From assembly GCA_951406725.2 (NCBI GenBank), contig OX597831.1:51584001-51648000 (forward strand): DNA of 64,000 nucleotides, written 5' to 3'. The DNA comes from Octopus vulgaris (Eukaryota). A program made the translations under genes and the position numbers. Below are positions 1 through 14,992 of the stretch, piece by piece. The first letter of the stretch is position 1; every line of letters begins with the position of its first letter. Below the pieces are notes generated by a model that was not told where the DNA came from, did no database searches, and worked only from the letters and a program-made list of their open reading frames with translations.

Positions 1-1258
1 ATATATCAGCAAATGCATACATTGAGCTCATATCTTTTCAAGATAATAAAGCAATAAGAATCATTGCAGTTTATATCCCAACAATCCTAAGGACTACACG
101 ATATTTGAAAATCGGAAAGAGGTTTTAAATGATGGGGGTGATGGTCAATATTCAAACAGTAAGATTTGCATATTGATGTTTTCTTATAGTTGGAAAAAGT
201 TTCTTCACACACCACAATGAAGAAACAATCCTTCAAGGCTTCACTTTACAGAAAGAACAATGGTAATTTAAGCAATACAAGTCAAGGCACTTGCAATTTG
301 AGTGAAAATTATAGACACTATTAACTGCAACACTAAACTTAACTAAAAACATGAAAACAAATTGTTACTTAAATTTCTACAGACCCCCATCCCTTTTTTT
401 CTTTTGTAGAACAAAATGAGTATCTACAAGTTCAGCTATAAGCAGTAAGGAAATTTGTAAGCTATAACAAGAATATCCCTAAAGCTTTAAAAAAAATCTA
501 TGATTAAATTTTAAAATGAGGTAGTTCAAATGTTTCCTGCCAGGACTTAAATATTTGATGCTGACACCTATTTGACCTATTCAAGATAAACTTTGAAGTG
601 GAACCAAATTATACAAAAATTAGTAAACCATCTACAATATTAAGACTACGCTCAGAAGATTAGTAAAGTATAACCAAATAATATATAAAGGAAAAAAAAT
701 GACATATGGAAATAAACGGAAACATGCCATTTAGAATTTATTTCAAACTCCATACAATGTTTACACTAGGAGGACAAATTAGTTTCATTTACTATATACA
801 TAGAATTTTGGAATCAAATATTTCAATGAATTAGTATGAAATGTGTTACAGAAGAGCCTCCTCATTATAGATGATTTATTACCTTGTGGTTCCCTACATT
901 TTCTAAAATGAAGGTTTAAAAAAAAAAAAAAAATATTAGTAAACAAATCACTGCCAACATGTCAGTTGAAAATGTCATTCATTAGATGCACAATCAAACA
1001 CTGCAATCAGCTTGAGTTTCATCGGATGCTTCAAAGATATTGCTTTTCAATCAAAAGTATCTCACATCCAAATGCTTGATAAAGTAAAGAATATGGCTAT
1101 GACAAGTCTGAAAAATACCTTGTGAGCAAGCAGGGAAATAAGGTAAAATCCTACAGATTAATAGCAACATAGCGGTAAGAACATAGAAAAATAATAGGTT
1201 ATACATATGTTCAGCACCAAACTCAGCAGTTGCATTTGTATGCAGGAGAATATCTTAA

Positions 1259-1469
1259 CCCTTTTGTGACCATATTCCTAGTATATCTTACACTATATAG
1301 GTTTCAATTCATTTTGAAAATCAAATTTGTGGAGGGATTTAGTAAAATAATTTTTTCATTAAAGTTGCATTTTAGAAGACAATTTACTAATTAATTTTTA
1401 AATATAAATACAAACAGGTTTAGTAGCAGAGACCCATAGGTGGTCCCAGGCAGGTTGGTATCAAAAGGG
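1259..1469. mobile_element. piggyBac-like MITE
   Basis: TTAA-CCCTTTTG...CAAAAGGG-TTAA; same family at 9034-9242. Confidence 0.7.
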
Positions 1470-2098
1470 TTAAAAGATAGCGATAATATTAAGAGGGGAG
1501 AATAAAAAGTTTGATCTAATTTTATTCCATAATTATTACATCTATTAAATAGAAAGACATTTGTATGAAGAGCCATGTTATATGTCTGGATATTATTCAA
1601 AAGCCAGTCATAATCAAACAACAAAAAAGTATACAGACAAAACCAATAGATAATCAAAAAGAAAGTCAGTATTGTTTGGTTGTCTTGGTCTGCACGATAT
1701 TATATGTATCTAGCAATAAAGAAGTAGATTAGACCATAATTGCAAAGTTACTCCATTTTACACTCTTCAGAATACCAAGAGCTTTATAGAATTCATGAAC
1801 AAGAAATTCTAGTTTAGGATTAAATTAATGGAGATCAAGGTAACATAAGTATGTTAGAGAGGGAAGAAAAATTCATGGAAGTTTTGTAGATGATATATGG
1901 AATCTTCTATATATGGTTAGAACCAAAAAATAATAAATAAAAGGAAGCATGAATAAAATAAGCAGAAAGATCTATCAAGCTGAAAGAGCGACAATGAATG
2001 AACATTATCAATTGAAAAAGGAGGAGGGTGTAGAATAAAAATCTAATGTTTTTTTTTTTTTGCTTTTCTTTTCTTTTTTTTTTTAAAGGTGGAAACTA

Positions 2099-2424
2099 TC
2101 AATGGGAGGCACACTGAACTCGGGATTGACCCATGTGATCATCATCATCATCATCATAAGCTTCAGTGCGTTGAGACCTATAACGTTGTTCTTTTGGATT
2201 AAATTCTGACAGAACACATGCTTCTGCACTAACTGGAATGTTCACAGGTCTACGTTCAGGCAGCAGTTTTTCAAGTTCTACCAATTTGTCTGAGGGAATA
2301 AAATTTGATGGTGGGAATTTGACAGTAAATTTTATGATCAAAACTCCTTTTTCAAATGGGTCACGATATATAGGCATACCCTCACCAACAACACACTTGA
2401 TATCTCCATGCTTGACAACCTCAC
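2099..2424 (-). CDS. DNAJA1: DnaJ class A, last coding exon with CaaX prenylation motif
   Basis: GEVVKHGDIKCVVGEGMPIYR...VQCASH*; five exons total 1209 nt = 402 aa + stop. Confidence 0.95.
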
Positions 2425-3071
2425 CTGAAAATAAAGTATTTCTATTTAAAACATGTAATTTAAATTTTTATTGTAATCAAACAAATTAGAAAAAAAAAAA
2501 AAAAACTCACAAGAAATAGCATTTAAGCCTTAATAATTTTGAAGTATATTTCTACAACTGAATTTTTAAGATAGCAAACAAGTATGAAATAGAGACTAAA
2601 ATCAGTGTGACCACAAAGGAAAGTTATGTGTATCCCTCAAGGAATGTAACAATTGTTGCAGCAAGGCTTGAACTCCAAGCTATGAAATTCTAATTCAGTA
2701 ACTTGGAGCTTTAATCTAATAAATCTTTCATTTATTCTCTAATGCAAGGATTTGTACTTTATTGCATCAATGTTGGGTTAGCATAATTGATATAGCAGTT
2801 AAATCATATTGCCTGGGAAATTTATTCCAAAATATTAAAACTAAAATAGCAGTATATTAAAAAGCCTCGCCCAAACAATGCTTTGAGAAGCTACTATGTA
2901 CAATGCAAATACACAGCAGCATCTCAAAAGTCATTGCAGTGAATGAAGTAGATTTATTTTAAAAGCCCTTCAGAGTTAAATCAGGGAGGAGTCAACCAAT
3001 TATGGAGGCTAATTTGAATAAATGTTGATGTACAGAATGCTGGTTAAATATAAATGAAAACATAAACTTAC

Positions 3072-3302
3072 CGGGTAAACTAGTTGCAACTAAAATACGA
3101 TCATCTAAAGTGGGAATAGTTTTCTGAAACCCACATAAGGCTTCTGTAAGGGTCAGTGAAATTGGCATTTCAAGATCAGCTCCACTACGACGGAAAAGTT
3201 CATCCTCTTGTTCATCCAAAACTATGATAACATCTCCTGCTTCCATTTTTGGAAATTGATCACCATCACCAGCAAATCGAAATGTCTGACCATCTTTCAT
3301 AC
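3072..3302 (-). CDS. DNAJA1: DnaJ class A, coding exon 4 (C-terminal substrate-binding domain)
   Basis: GMKDGQTFRFAGDGDQ...LTEALCGF; AAG acceptor, GTAAGT donor; 231 nt. Confidence 0.95.
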
Positions 3303-3764
3303 CTTTAAAATACAAATTTTAAAAATATTGAAACCAACTTCTAAAAGCTTAATCTATAACAAAAAAAAAAAAAAAAAAAGCATCCACAAGACTGAAATTA
3401 TTTTTTTTATATATATATATATATATATAATAAAGAGGTTGCAAAACCAGTTATAAACATTTGATTGCTTAACAGGCCAAAATACTTTCAGGAAAAGCTT
3501 TGTATAAGGGACAAAGTAAAAGTAAACTGCAACTATGATGCCAAAATAGAACAGTTGATTTGACGAAAAAAAAAACAACTGATTTCAAACATTCCAAATA
3601 CAATTTTAATAAAGTTATCTTCTCAAATTCTTCATTATTTTCATAATCGAAACAAGTGGAAACTAATACTTCTACTAACTCTTGATACAAGCCTGCCAGT
3701 AGATGCCTGAAAAATATTTTGGTTAAAGTTATCAAACTACCCATAACCTGCCTGAAATTATCTC

Positions 3765-6270
3765 CATTTAACGTTCGTTTTCCCATGCTGGCATGGGTTG
3801 GATGGTTTGACAGGAGCTGACCAACTTATGGTTCCATGTCTTTTGGCATAGTATCTACAGCTGGAAGCCCTTCCTAACGCTGACCACTTTACAGAGTGTA
3901 CTGGGTGCTTTTATGCAGCACCGGCACCTACGAGCCTGCGAGATTAAGGATGCTCAATTGGAGAGGGTTGCAGGGGATGAGTCTGTATGCAAGGACAACC
4001 ATACTTTTACTTAGCTTGATGTGTCTTTTCAAGCACAGCAAACCGCCAGGAGTCCTGGGTCCCTGTCATCCTTTTTGTGAGTTTCAGCATCTGTAAATCC
4101 TTTCTCACCACTTCATCTCACGCCTTCCTGGGTCTACCCCTTCCACACGTTCCCTCTACAGTTAGAGGTTGGCACATCTTGATGCAACTATCTTCATCCC
4201 TATGCTTATGTCCATATCAGTGCAGTCTTCTCTCTCATACACATCTGATGCTACGTATACCTAGTTTTTCTCTCAAATTAGTACACTGTCATATATGCAC
4301 ACAGACTTTGTTTCTTTTAAGTCTTTGCATATCCTCAGTAGTCACAGCCCATATAGCACAGTTGTTCATACACAGGCATTGTACAATCAGCCTTTCAAAC
4401 TGAGGGAGAGGCACTTTGTTACTAACAAGGTAGTAGCTCCCTGAATTTTGTCCAGCCTATTCTTATTCTAGTAGCTATACTTTCGGAACAACCACCCCAA
4501 CTACTAACTTGGTCACCTAAGTAATGAAAATTGTCTATTATTTCTAAGGAAACCCCTTGACATATGAGGGAGTCTATTTCTTGTACATTCCTGGTGTTTA
4601 ATGTACCGGCTCATCTGCCATATGTAAACATTGATATTGCTGCACCTCATGTGTCCATAGCTTGCACTGGCTACACCTTATGTAGAAATGGTGTCAGGAG
4701 AAACTCCATATCGAGCAGGGCCATCTCCCTCAAGGGATCTGCAATTTGTTTTCCTACTTATCAATGCTGTGGGCTTTGTTAAATTAACTCTAAAGCCCTT
4801 TGATTCCATACTTGAAATTTCTTCTCTAGTTCTGGTGGTGATTTAGCAATAAGAACAAGGTCATCAGCATAGAGAAGCTCCCAAGGGCAGCCAGACTTAA
4901 ATTCCTGTTATAGCTTGGAGGACCATGATAAATAAGAGGGGTTCAAACCCAGGTGGACTCCTTTTACATTAAACTCCCTGCTATACTCATTGGCAACTAA
5001 CAGCATCCCTATACATGGCTTGTACAGCTCTCACTAACCACTCACCTATCCCTAGCTTCTGCATTGACCACCAGATAAGGGAGTGGGGACCCTGTCAAAG
5101 GCTTTCTCCAAAAGCCAGGAATAGAGGTTGATTTTTAGCCAAGTATTTTTTCCTGCGATTGCCTCACCAGGAAGATAGCATAAGTGGTGCCTCTTCTTGG
5201 CACAAATTCAAAATGCATCTCATCTAAGCTAATTCTCTTCCTAACTAATTGAGCTATGGCCCTTTCTGCAACTCATCACCTGGTCCAGTAATTTGATACC
5301 TCTGTAATTATTTGTCTAGAGCATCACCTTTGTCTTTGAAGCAGTTGACTAATGCTGCTACACCAATCATTGGGTATGATTCCCTTGTTGACAATCTGAT
5401 TAACTAAATGGCTGACCAGGTCATATCCCACTCTGCCTGAGATTTTAAGCATCCCAGCAGTGATTCCTGATGGGCTGGAGACTTTCCCTATCTTTATATC
5501 CTTAATTGCTTGCTTTATCTACTAAGCTACTGTCAATCCGAATAGCTGGCCCCTCTGTTAGGTCAACATTTGGCAGGCTCTCATTCTCTGTATTTAGCAG
5601 CCTTCCATAGTGGCACTTCTAAACCACCTCCTCTGCAGAGTCACTAACTGCAAGTGAGCCATCATCCATGAGAACATGTATTTCTTACCACATCATGATT
5701 TTCTCTGACACACTGACTCGCAATCCGAAACCCTTCAAGCCTCTGGTCCTCACAATGCAGAACATTGACAAACTTCCTCCTTTCTGCTTCTCCCCTGGCT
5801 AAATATAACTGTCTTCTAATCTTTCTCCTAGCTACCAGATATAGTTCTGTTACCACCACTCTTCCAGGCCTGTTTCTTTGCTCTAATGGCCTTGTCTATA
5901 GCACTGTTCCATCACCACATCACTCTAGGTCTGGTTGGGACTTTGCACTAGCTGCAGATTTGGTCTGTGACACTCAGCAAGCTGTCCCTCAGGAATTCCC
6001 AGTTGCCCTGTTACAAGTCTGTAGGTCAATTAGGGTGCCCCTAAATCTCTGACTATACAAAGGATCCTTAAGCTACCAAATCCTTTTCTAGATAGGTTTG
6101 CATGTTGGTATCCTTCTAGCCTGAAGCCTAAAGTCACTAATGACTAGTCTATACATTTTTGGGTGGGGGTGGGGGGAGGGACATTCTTCACAAGGGGAGG
6201 TCTTTGTATTTATGAGCAACCATGTATCTTGCTGTCTGGTGAGAATGTAATCAATCTGGCTAATCCAATA
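3765..6270 (-). mobile_element. Degenerate RTE-clade LINE in a DNAJA intron
   Basis: Minus-strand translation gives CPWELLYADDLVL (~4860-4890), RIGWTKFRELL (~4435-4465) and endonuclease-like QIDYIL (~6245-6260); frameshifted; 3' tail shared with many short copies. Confidence 0.85.
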
Positions 6271-7646
6271 ATTTGCACAATTCTTCTATCATAAAATTTT
6301 GTTGTATACTCATTGAACATTTGGTTAATAACTCATTTTCTATGCTGATGTTTAAATAAATTTAATTTTATATTTAGTTGTATTTACCTGTAATTAGATT
6401 GGCTTTGAGACAAAAATTATGAAATAGATTTGGTTAAGAACCTTTTTTAAACTGTAATCCACAAAACAATGTTGATAAAAAAAGAAAAAAAAAAGAGTTC
6501 TATGAAATCAGTCTAAATTCACGATCATTTTAGAATTTGGAACATATAACAAGTGTATTTTGGTTAGCAATTTAGTAACAAAGAGGGTTAATACACCTAA
6601 GTCTATCAAATGGACAACCAGAAATGAGAAACAATCACAATACAATCTCTTTGGATTACTGAAATTACTTTATGAGGATCAGAATGTTAATTTAATATAT
6701 CACTACACCAATGAGAATGGGGGGTAAATTATAGCACACCTTCCAACAGTCGTGGCATAAATTGTGTTCCCCAAATTTTTTTACCCATCCTCTCACCTTA
6801 TATCGCTACAATCTTATCAGCTTGATTTGAAGGAACTTTAAAAAGTAACAGCAAATATGAACAAAACAGGAATAGCAAGATGTAGTTTAAATACGGTTTC
6901 AGTACGCAACAATAAAAACTGAAAGCAATAAATTGAAAGAGAATAGACTGGAAACTTCCCAAATACTCCAAGCACCCCCCCCTCAACCCACCTTGGTCTT
7001 TCTCATTACTCAAAAACCAAGTGACTTTTCTTTGTCATTCCAGCAAGGGGAGACTAACTGCTAGACAATATCAAAAAGGAAAAATGAGGAACTGAAGGTT
7101 CATATACCTGGATGAAGTTCAAGCATTTTTTGAATATAAATATAATTAACTATTAATTTTTAAAAATTGCCTGTAATTTTAACTTGGGTGACAAACTGAC
7201 TAATGATATCAGTGAATTACTGTAAGGTCTGAGTTAATATAATTTTATCTTCAAACATTGATGTATTTCGTGTAACTTTACTAATACATGTACACATTTT
7301 ATATAAATAAGTTTACAAGTTCAATTAACAATCCAATAATGTGCACAATTTTTCTGAAGTCCTAGCCTCATTTATTTACCCTAGCTGAATATTGGCCAAT
7401 TAATTTCATGTGATATTTATAGAAAATTTTGACTTTTAAAACTTAATTGAAAGAGGTATTCCGGTTAGAAATATGATGAAAAGAATTGTATTCACAGGAA
7501 ATTTCTGAAACTTGTCATGAACACAGATTTATTCCGATCCCCAAAAAGGAATGTTTTAACCAAAACAACCACATCAATTTTGCATTGTAATCATAAAGAA
7601 TAAATAAATAAAAAATGAGCAGCAGAATCTCAAGCAACCAGCTTAC

Positions 7647-7874
7647 CTTTATCAATATGAACTTCTAATATCTTTTTAGATTGATAAGTCTTTTTCCCCA
7701 TGCAGGTTTTGCAGCGAAGTTTAGGATTGATTGTTTCCTTTTTGCCACCACATTCAGAACACACGGTTTGCATTTGTTGTACCATACCCGGACCAAGCCG
7801 GGTGATAGATACTTGGACACCTGTGCCATTACATTCTTGACATGTCATTACTGCACCTTCTTTGCCACCTCGCC
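7647..7874 (-). CDS. DNAJA1: DnaJ class A, coding exon 3 (zinc-finger region)
   Basis: [34 protein letters not shown]; TAG acceptor, GTAAGC donor; 228 nt, phase 1 to 1. Confidence 0.95.
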
Positions 7875-9033
7875 CTAGAAAAGAACCATTTTGCAATGTA
7901 ATACCACAAAAAGAAAAAAAAAAGCATGTAGATAGTTTGTCTAGTGGCATGGGAAACAATCTAAGAAATGGATTTTTTTTTTAGTGAAAGGAAAAAAAGA
8001 TTTTGATCAGACAATGAGCATTTCACTTTAAAGAAATACGAACCTCAAAACAATGCATGCAGTATTTTACAGGACAATGTCTATGAACAGAACAATTCCT
8101 AGAAGAAAATTGAGAGAAAGAAACGGCATCAATAAAGCCAGTTTCATAGTAACCAGGTATCAATAATACCAGAAGGAATGACGCACTTTGAAGTACTGGT
8201 GTTACATAAACAGAAATTGAAAGAAAAATTTAAGGGTGGTTAACCAAGTGGAATTTAAAATTTGTTTGGCAGAGTGTTTCTTTTTAAAAACCCATTTTTG
8301 AAATAGTTCATGTAATTTTGGCACCACCTCATTTTAGCTTAACATGCTTGAAGTGTGATGTAGCATTTATTGGGATTTATGTTTGTAGAACTAATTACAA
8401 GTTAAATACATATACGAAGCATACTTCCTTCCAAGAGTGTATGTACTGAAGCACTTGAAATTTTTTAATACACACAGGTTTTAATACTTACATCCATCCT
8501 ACCTATTGAGTAAGCATTTGTAATTTAGATAATCCAGACTAATTTATTTTTAAGAATACAAGGCTTCTCAACCATACACTGTTTAGTCATGAGTGACCAG
8601 CTCTATGATAAAACAACATTCCATCTACAAAATGATGCTCGTCTTTTTGCAAATCGGAGATTATAATATTCAACACACAACTTTTAAAAAGACTGTAGTG
8701 TTGGGGGGTTTTTTTTCGCGTGGTTATTTCTAGCTAAGAGACTATATAGAAGCTTCACAAGTTGGCTAGATGTAATTTCAAATGGTTTAATATGAAATCT
8801 AGACACAATGGAAATCCAAACCAGAATTTAAATGCACTTCATATCGTTATTCTACTGAAATGAAAGGAAGTGGAGATGAAAATCTTGTGAAAGTTTCATC
8901 TATTCTGATTAAGTCATGAAATACATAAGACTTCAAATTATTTCTTTGCTAATAATGGTTAAAAATATTTAGCAATTCAAAGAAATTTAATTGACACAGA
9001 TATAATCATTTTACAATAAATTTGAATTATTAA

Positions 9034-9242
9034 CCCCTTTTGTAACCATATTTATGTTGAAATATACTACCCCTGTCTCAACTTTGAAAATGAAGAATTT
9101 ATTAACTTTGTTATTATTAAGCTGGTATCTGGAATGCAAATCAACATGAAATTTTGATGGAGGTTTTTAATTTAGGCCATTTTAAAACTGAATTTGCATC
9201 ATAGAACCAGGGGTAGTTTCAAGCAGGATGGTATCAAAAGGG
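9034..9242. mobile_element. piggyBac-like MITE
   Basis: TTAA-CCCCTTT...AAAAGGG-TTAA; internal similarity to 1259-1469. Confidence 0.7.
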
Positions 9243-9938
9243 TTAAGGAAGATAAGTGTTTTTAGCAATTTTAATTTTCAACAATGGCCATTTTCAATTT
9301 ACAGTCTCCACTGCCACTACCCTTATCACTAACCTAGGCATGTTTAATGATGAACATCACATCTGTACTTGATCTTACCACATTCACTGCCTTTCCTTCA
9401 AGTTGCTTGTTATTGACATCTGCTACCCTTTCTTACCAGCAAAAAATGTACTTTCCATCACTGCCTCTCTCCCATTATATTATTTCTCTTTTCACTCTAA
9501 TTTATCTTATTACCTACCCTCTGAGTTCTGCTTTGAAGGATATGAGACAGCATTGAATAATGAGAGCTAGCCTGGCTGGTACAAGGCAACCACATTAGTG
9601 TTAATGCCATAAAATATATAAAGTTGTATCTAAGCATAGAAACCATTCCAAAAATGGAATGGTAGGAAAAAGACAGCTCTCCAATCTGTCTATGATGGCA
9701 GTAGCTCACGAAGCATGACACAAAATACAGATGTAAAATGATGTTAAAATATTTCACCTTTTTCAAATAGGAGAGAAACATTTTAGTTTTATTATATAAA
9801 GTAAATATTTAAATGGAGTCAAAAGCCAGTGTCAGTTAGCAATAGTTTTAGTAATATTTTACTGTCAAACATGATAAACAGGAGTAAAATTAAAAAAGTA
9901 AATTTAAAGGATAAGACAAATGAAAAAATATAACTTAC

Positions 9939-10230
9939 CATCACATTTATCACATATTATATCTCTAGTGATAGATAACTTTCTTGTTGCTCCATTGTAT
10001 AACTCTTTCAAAGTAACTTTTAGCTGATGTACAATGTCTTTAACTTTAGATGGCGTACTACGTCTACCATGTCCTCCAAAAAACATATCAAAAATGTCCA
10101 TAGCAGAATGGAACTCAAATCCACTACCCCCTGCCCCACCCCCTTTAATTGCTTCTTCTCCACCTTGATCATAGATTTCTCTTTTCTTGGGTTCACTTAG
10201 TACTTCATAGGCTTGACTGATTAATTTGAA
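9939..10230 (-). CDS. DNAJA1: DnaJ class A, coding exon 2 (J-domain end, G/F region, first CxxC)
   Basis: [12 protein letters not shown]...DIFDMFFGG...ICDKCD; CAG acceptor, GTAAGT donor; 292 nt, phase 0 to 1. Confidence 0.95.
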
Positions 10231-11159
10231 CTGAAAAAGAAATATTTCCAAAGTGTAACTTCAAAACTTGAAATTAATTCTGAGAATATTTTTAAAATCT
10301 CATAAGATATGCTATAAAAATAGCTTCCTCAAGTTTTAATTAGGTGATATTACTGGTTTTAAAAATATCAAGATAATCCAATGCTCTCCTCCATACCCAA
10401 CTGAAAGGAAACCTCACTCATCTGGCCAAATCTCTGAATTAGATTTCAGAACTGTCTAACCTTGATTTCTCTATACAGGAGTTGAAACAGTGAAAAATAT
10501 ATACATAACGACAAATTCAATAAGCATAAAGAAGTACAAAATTACAATTATTAAATCTGTGCAGTTTTCATGAACTAAGATTAAATATCAAAACTTTTAT
10601 ACATCTTTAAACAATTTATTCAAAAGATGACAAACTTTTGAATGAAAAATAAGTGCTAGAAAATTTTTTAATAGAAATTATCTACATGGGGCAATTATTT
10701 TAAAAGAAATATTGCAAATGCTAAATTTGAAATATTTTAACCAATGCAAGTTTTTTTTTTATTCTCAGAAGCAAGACTTAACTCCAAACTTAGGGATTTG
10801 AATATGATCTTTTAAGTGTATAAAAGTTTGGTAAGATATAAGTCACTTTGTGCTGATATATTGATATATAATAAAGAAAAAAAACTACAGCAGCAACATG
10901 CAATAATTGAATGGTTGAAAGCATAGACATGAGTCCAACATAAACTGATTGTTATTTGCTGTACCAGCTGCCAGTACAAGAGAATTAAAATTTGAAAATA
11001 AAACGTTTACTCATCAACTTTTACATTGAGTACCTTTGAATATTATTATTGGGTTACTTTCAAAACAATATTTTAATCAACCAACGTAAATTGGATTTTC
11101 AAGAATTAGAGACAATGAATTTCAATCTTAGAAAAACAAAATGCAAGAATTCTACTTAC

Positions 11160-11291
11160 TCTTTCTCCTTCATTTGGATTTTTATCAGGATGGTATTTAA
11201 GTGCCAATTTTCGATAAGCTCTCTTAATCTCATCTGCAGTAGCAGTTGGTGAAATGCCAAGTGTGTCATAGTAACCCGTTTCTTTCACCAT
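11160..11291 (-). CDS. DNAJA1: DnaJ class A co-chaperone, coding exon 1 (J-domain N-half)
   Basis: [12 protein letters not shown]...[14 protein letters not shown] with HPD motif; 132 nt; GTAAGT donor after 11160; CAG acceptor 15 nt upstream of ATG (exon starts 11306). Paralog assignment (A1 vs A4/A2) uncertain. Confidence 0.95.
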
Positions 11292-11439
11292 TTTGAATGT
11301 TTATATCTGTAAAATGAAAATGTTAAAAGCCATTTGTTAGAAATTTTTGAGTTATGAACATTTTGCAAAGAGAAACTGGAATGAAGGCACGCAGGTTTTC
11401 AAAGTTGAAGTTAAACAGGAGAGCAAGTGTTAACTAGAA

Positions 11440-11499
11440 CAATGGTTCCCAACCATTTTATTTAAATGAGTTTTTCCACGGACCCCTTTTTATGCCTAT

Positions 11500-11547
<48 letters not shown>

Positions 11548-11631
11548 GATATTTTGAATTTAGTTCACGAACCTCCAGTACTACCCTAGCGGGCCACCAG
11601 GGGTCTGCGGATACCAGGTTGGGAACCACTG
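11440..11631. mobile_element. hAT (Charlie-like) MITE
   Basis: TIRs CAATGGTTCCCAACC / GGTTGGGAACCACTG; near-perfect 8-bp TSD AACTAGAA/GACTAGAA. Confidence 0.75.
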
Positions 11632-13425
11632 GACTAGAATATTCTTTCGGTATTGGTTCGTTATAGTAGATCTAAATAACTAACAATAACAAGACTACGT
11701 CTTTGTTGACATTACGAGTATACAAAACATTTAATATTTATAGTATGCTATCAATAAAGTAACGAAACTAAAGACACCAGGGGGGTGTAATATAGCATCA
11801 GAAACTTTGATCTGAAAATTAAACTGCAACACCTATACTGAACGACAAACCGGTTGTTCCTACTTTAGTAGGACCCACCAAATAATCGGCGATTACAATC
11901 ATATTTAAGGTGAACAAAATATAGATATTAACTTTACCGAAGGGCGATTAACAAGTGAGGATACAACGCATTTAACTTTGCCCTAGTTGTAATGAGGATA
12001 TGAAAATTGTCGAGTCGCTGATAGCGGATTTATTCAGAGCTATCAGATCCGTTTGTCATTTGTTTTCAGTTATTGTTTTTTGGAAACATCGTTACTTTCG
12101 ATGAGAAACACTTTTCAAAGGGTCCCGGAAACGGGAAAGCGCCAAATAAAACCAAGGCCACAAGAAAAGAAAAAAACAAAACCTACGTTTACCTATGAAT
12201 GTGTCAACGTTGGTGTAGTCAATGCAGATTTTAAATAAAAACCGTGAAACGTAACGAAAACAAAATTACCATGGATTTATGTAAAAAAAGTTTCAATTTT
12301 GCAAACCTAATAATTTTTTTGACAGTTTGTTCTATTCGTGAATTAGTAGCAAATTCAAATGTTAATTTCGGTATAAACTGAAAGCACACATGATGTGTCA
12401 AAATTTCCCCCCTCTTTAAAACGAAAATTTACACCCAATTTAGCCACATGTAAAAGTGTTACATCATATTGAAACGAAGGGAGGTTACAATGATCAGAAA
12501 GAAGGCCATGACAACTCGGATTTATTCAGCTAATAACATTTTCATTAAACCGTACTAAAAAAAACGGAAACACCAACGACAATTTAGAAGAATTTGAAGA
12601 AAAAGGCGTTCTACTATTAATTTAGAAGATAGCTTTTAAAAATACCGATAAAGGAGGGAAAAAAATTCCTCTCGTCCTGTAATCTGGAAATCCATTATTT
12701 AACAAACCGTCTTTATCAATAGGAAACAAACACTAGATAAATTTTAGTAAACTACTTCTAAGAAAAGTTTACGAAGGGAAAATATAAAAAGACGAGCGAC
12801 CATTGTTTCCGTATGCCCCTTTTTTTAATTGACAGATTCATAATGGAGACATAAGTCTCGTTAAAATGTTATTCAAACGGGAATTATATAAAATCAAATA
12901 AAGTAGATTAAATTTATATGTGTGTATATATATAAAAAAAAAATCGGTCAATCTTGCGGGGGGGAAACGAACGCAATCATTACGAAAATGTAAAAAAATA
13001 CACAAAAGATGTACCTCAGAAATCAGGACTATTCTTCCGTATACTTGTTTCGTTAACATATAAAAACGAAACTACAATTTTAAAGTGACGAATGGAATTA
13101 TTGCCGGACAGATTTCCGACTGTGGTATTTTAAAAACAATGTACCACACACGATAATGTATATACATATGAAACCATTTAACCCGAGATTTTATAGATCT
13201 GACGGAAAATTAAGTATAAAAGGTTTACCAGGCGGCTTATATAATAGTGTAGGAGTTAAGGTCTTTTCAAACAAGATTGTTTTTAAAACGCCACTGTGTA
13301 TGTAGTTTTTGTTTTGTCACCGAGAGTGGAGATTATACCCACAGATAAACACCCAAAGGGATCAATAACATCGGAGATTTCTATTCTTTCCGATTTTTTT
13401 ACTTCCAAATAATAACAGATTCACT

Positions 13426-13440
13426 GGAATGTTCTAGAAA
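13426..13440. promoter_or_regulatory. Heat-shock element (HSF site) of the DNAJA promoter
   Basis: gGAAtgTTCtaGAAa = three perfect alternating nGAAn units, in a CpG-richer region about 200 nt upstream of a candidate 5'UTR-exon donor (GTAAAC at ~13228, minus strand). Confidence 0.75.
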
Positions 13441-13612
13441 TGGCTGAAATGTTCTCCTGAGCTAACACCACCAAGGGAGGAAATAGAACAGAGAACTAAA
13501 TAATCTAAGGTGGAACTAGTTTATATACATATATATATTATATTTTAATGAAGACACACAAATAAGAAATCTAGCTCTTTCAGCATGTCTCGGAGGGGGG
13601 TGGGAAATAGCA

Positions 13613-13653
<41 letters not shown>

Positions 13654-14248
13654 TACTCATCGTTTGACATTTATGTGTATTTATGTATATATATATACAT
13701 ATATAAAATAGAGACTATTTTAATTAAGCAACGAGACAACCGGCGTAGCTGACATTTTGAACACAAAACAGTTTTTTATTTGAAAATATGTATACATTTT
13801 TATGGATTAAGATTCACGAAATGGCTTTTATTTATGTATATACAACAAATCAGCGAGGTTAATTTCAGCAGGGATCAAAATCGACATGAATTAACCGGAA
13901 CACATGTATACCGGAAAATCATACATCCATGTATGTATAATCATCCTGAAATATATATATATATGTTAAGCACACATTCACACACAAGATATTTATTACA
14001 CATGGTGTTCATTCTAATCAAGAGTTATCTACGAGCTAGGTAGAAATAGTAGATAATTCTCCCTCAGATCGTACCCTTTGATCATGTGCTTACTGATACA
14101 ATAACGGGATAGTCGCGGTTGGAACCTCTATCAAGGCTCTGACCTGGAATGATAGGCATCAATATACACACACACACGTTGTTTTAGATGCATAAAACTA
14201 TGTGTTGAGTACTTTTTCTCAATTTCTAAATCAAAACGTATGTTTGTT

Positions 14249-14284
<36 letters not shown>

Positions 14285-14795
14285 ATATATATATTATATA
14301 TATGTATACACACAAAGAAAGAGAAAGCACGTGTGAAAAATATAGCAAAAAAGGCTTGAGGGGTGGAAGAATTAGTTTCCTTAGAATCTAAAAGTTAATA
14401 GATTGTTAAAAAGGTGAACTTATTAACCACAATGGAAGTCAGGGAACACAAAAATTTGTTCATAGAGAATGATTTAAAAATATATATCGTCTCTCATTCC
14501 CCCACAAAGTGACATTTTTACAAATGTAATGGTCTTTTCGATAATTTTTTTGTTCATAATCTCTCTCTAAGTCTTTTGTCTTCTTCTTTATATTTCTATT
14601 TCTATTTCTTTACCTCCATTCCGCACTCAAGTCATATGGTTTGGTTTGGCTAAATCTTTAACATAAGGCGGATTCGACATATTTTGATTTTAGCGACATT
14701 TTTTAGAGAGAGAAGAAAGGGGCTTCATTCTACTCATACGGTGTGTGTGTATAGACAGACAGACAAGAGACATTTGCCTTTACAACGATGTACAT

Positions 14796-14992
14796 ACAGC
14801 CTTATGGCTTATGTGAACTTGATATATATATATATGTAAAGAGAGAGAGAGAGAGAAAAGAGATTCGGTTTTATGTCGGTATATAAACAGCCTTATGGCT
14901 TATGTGAACTTGATATATATATATATATGTATGTAAAGAGAGAGAGAGAAAAGAGACTCGGTTTTATGTCGGTATATAAACAGCCTTATGGT
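14796..14992. repeat. About 90-bp tandem duplication containing (TA)n/(GA)n
   Basis: ACAGCCTTATGGCTTATGTGAACTTG... unit occurs twice plus a partial third copy. Confidence 0.85.

Noticed and set aside
1012-1062. TTGAAAA...GAAA hammerhead-like words on the minus strand
   Set aside because: No stem I, II or III pairing in the required register
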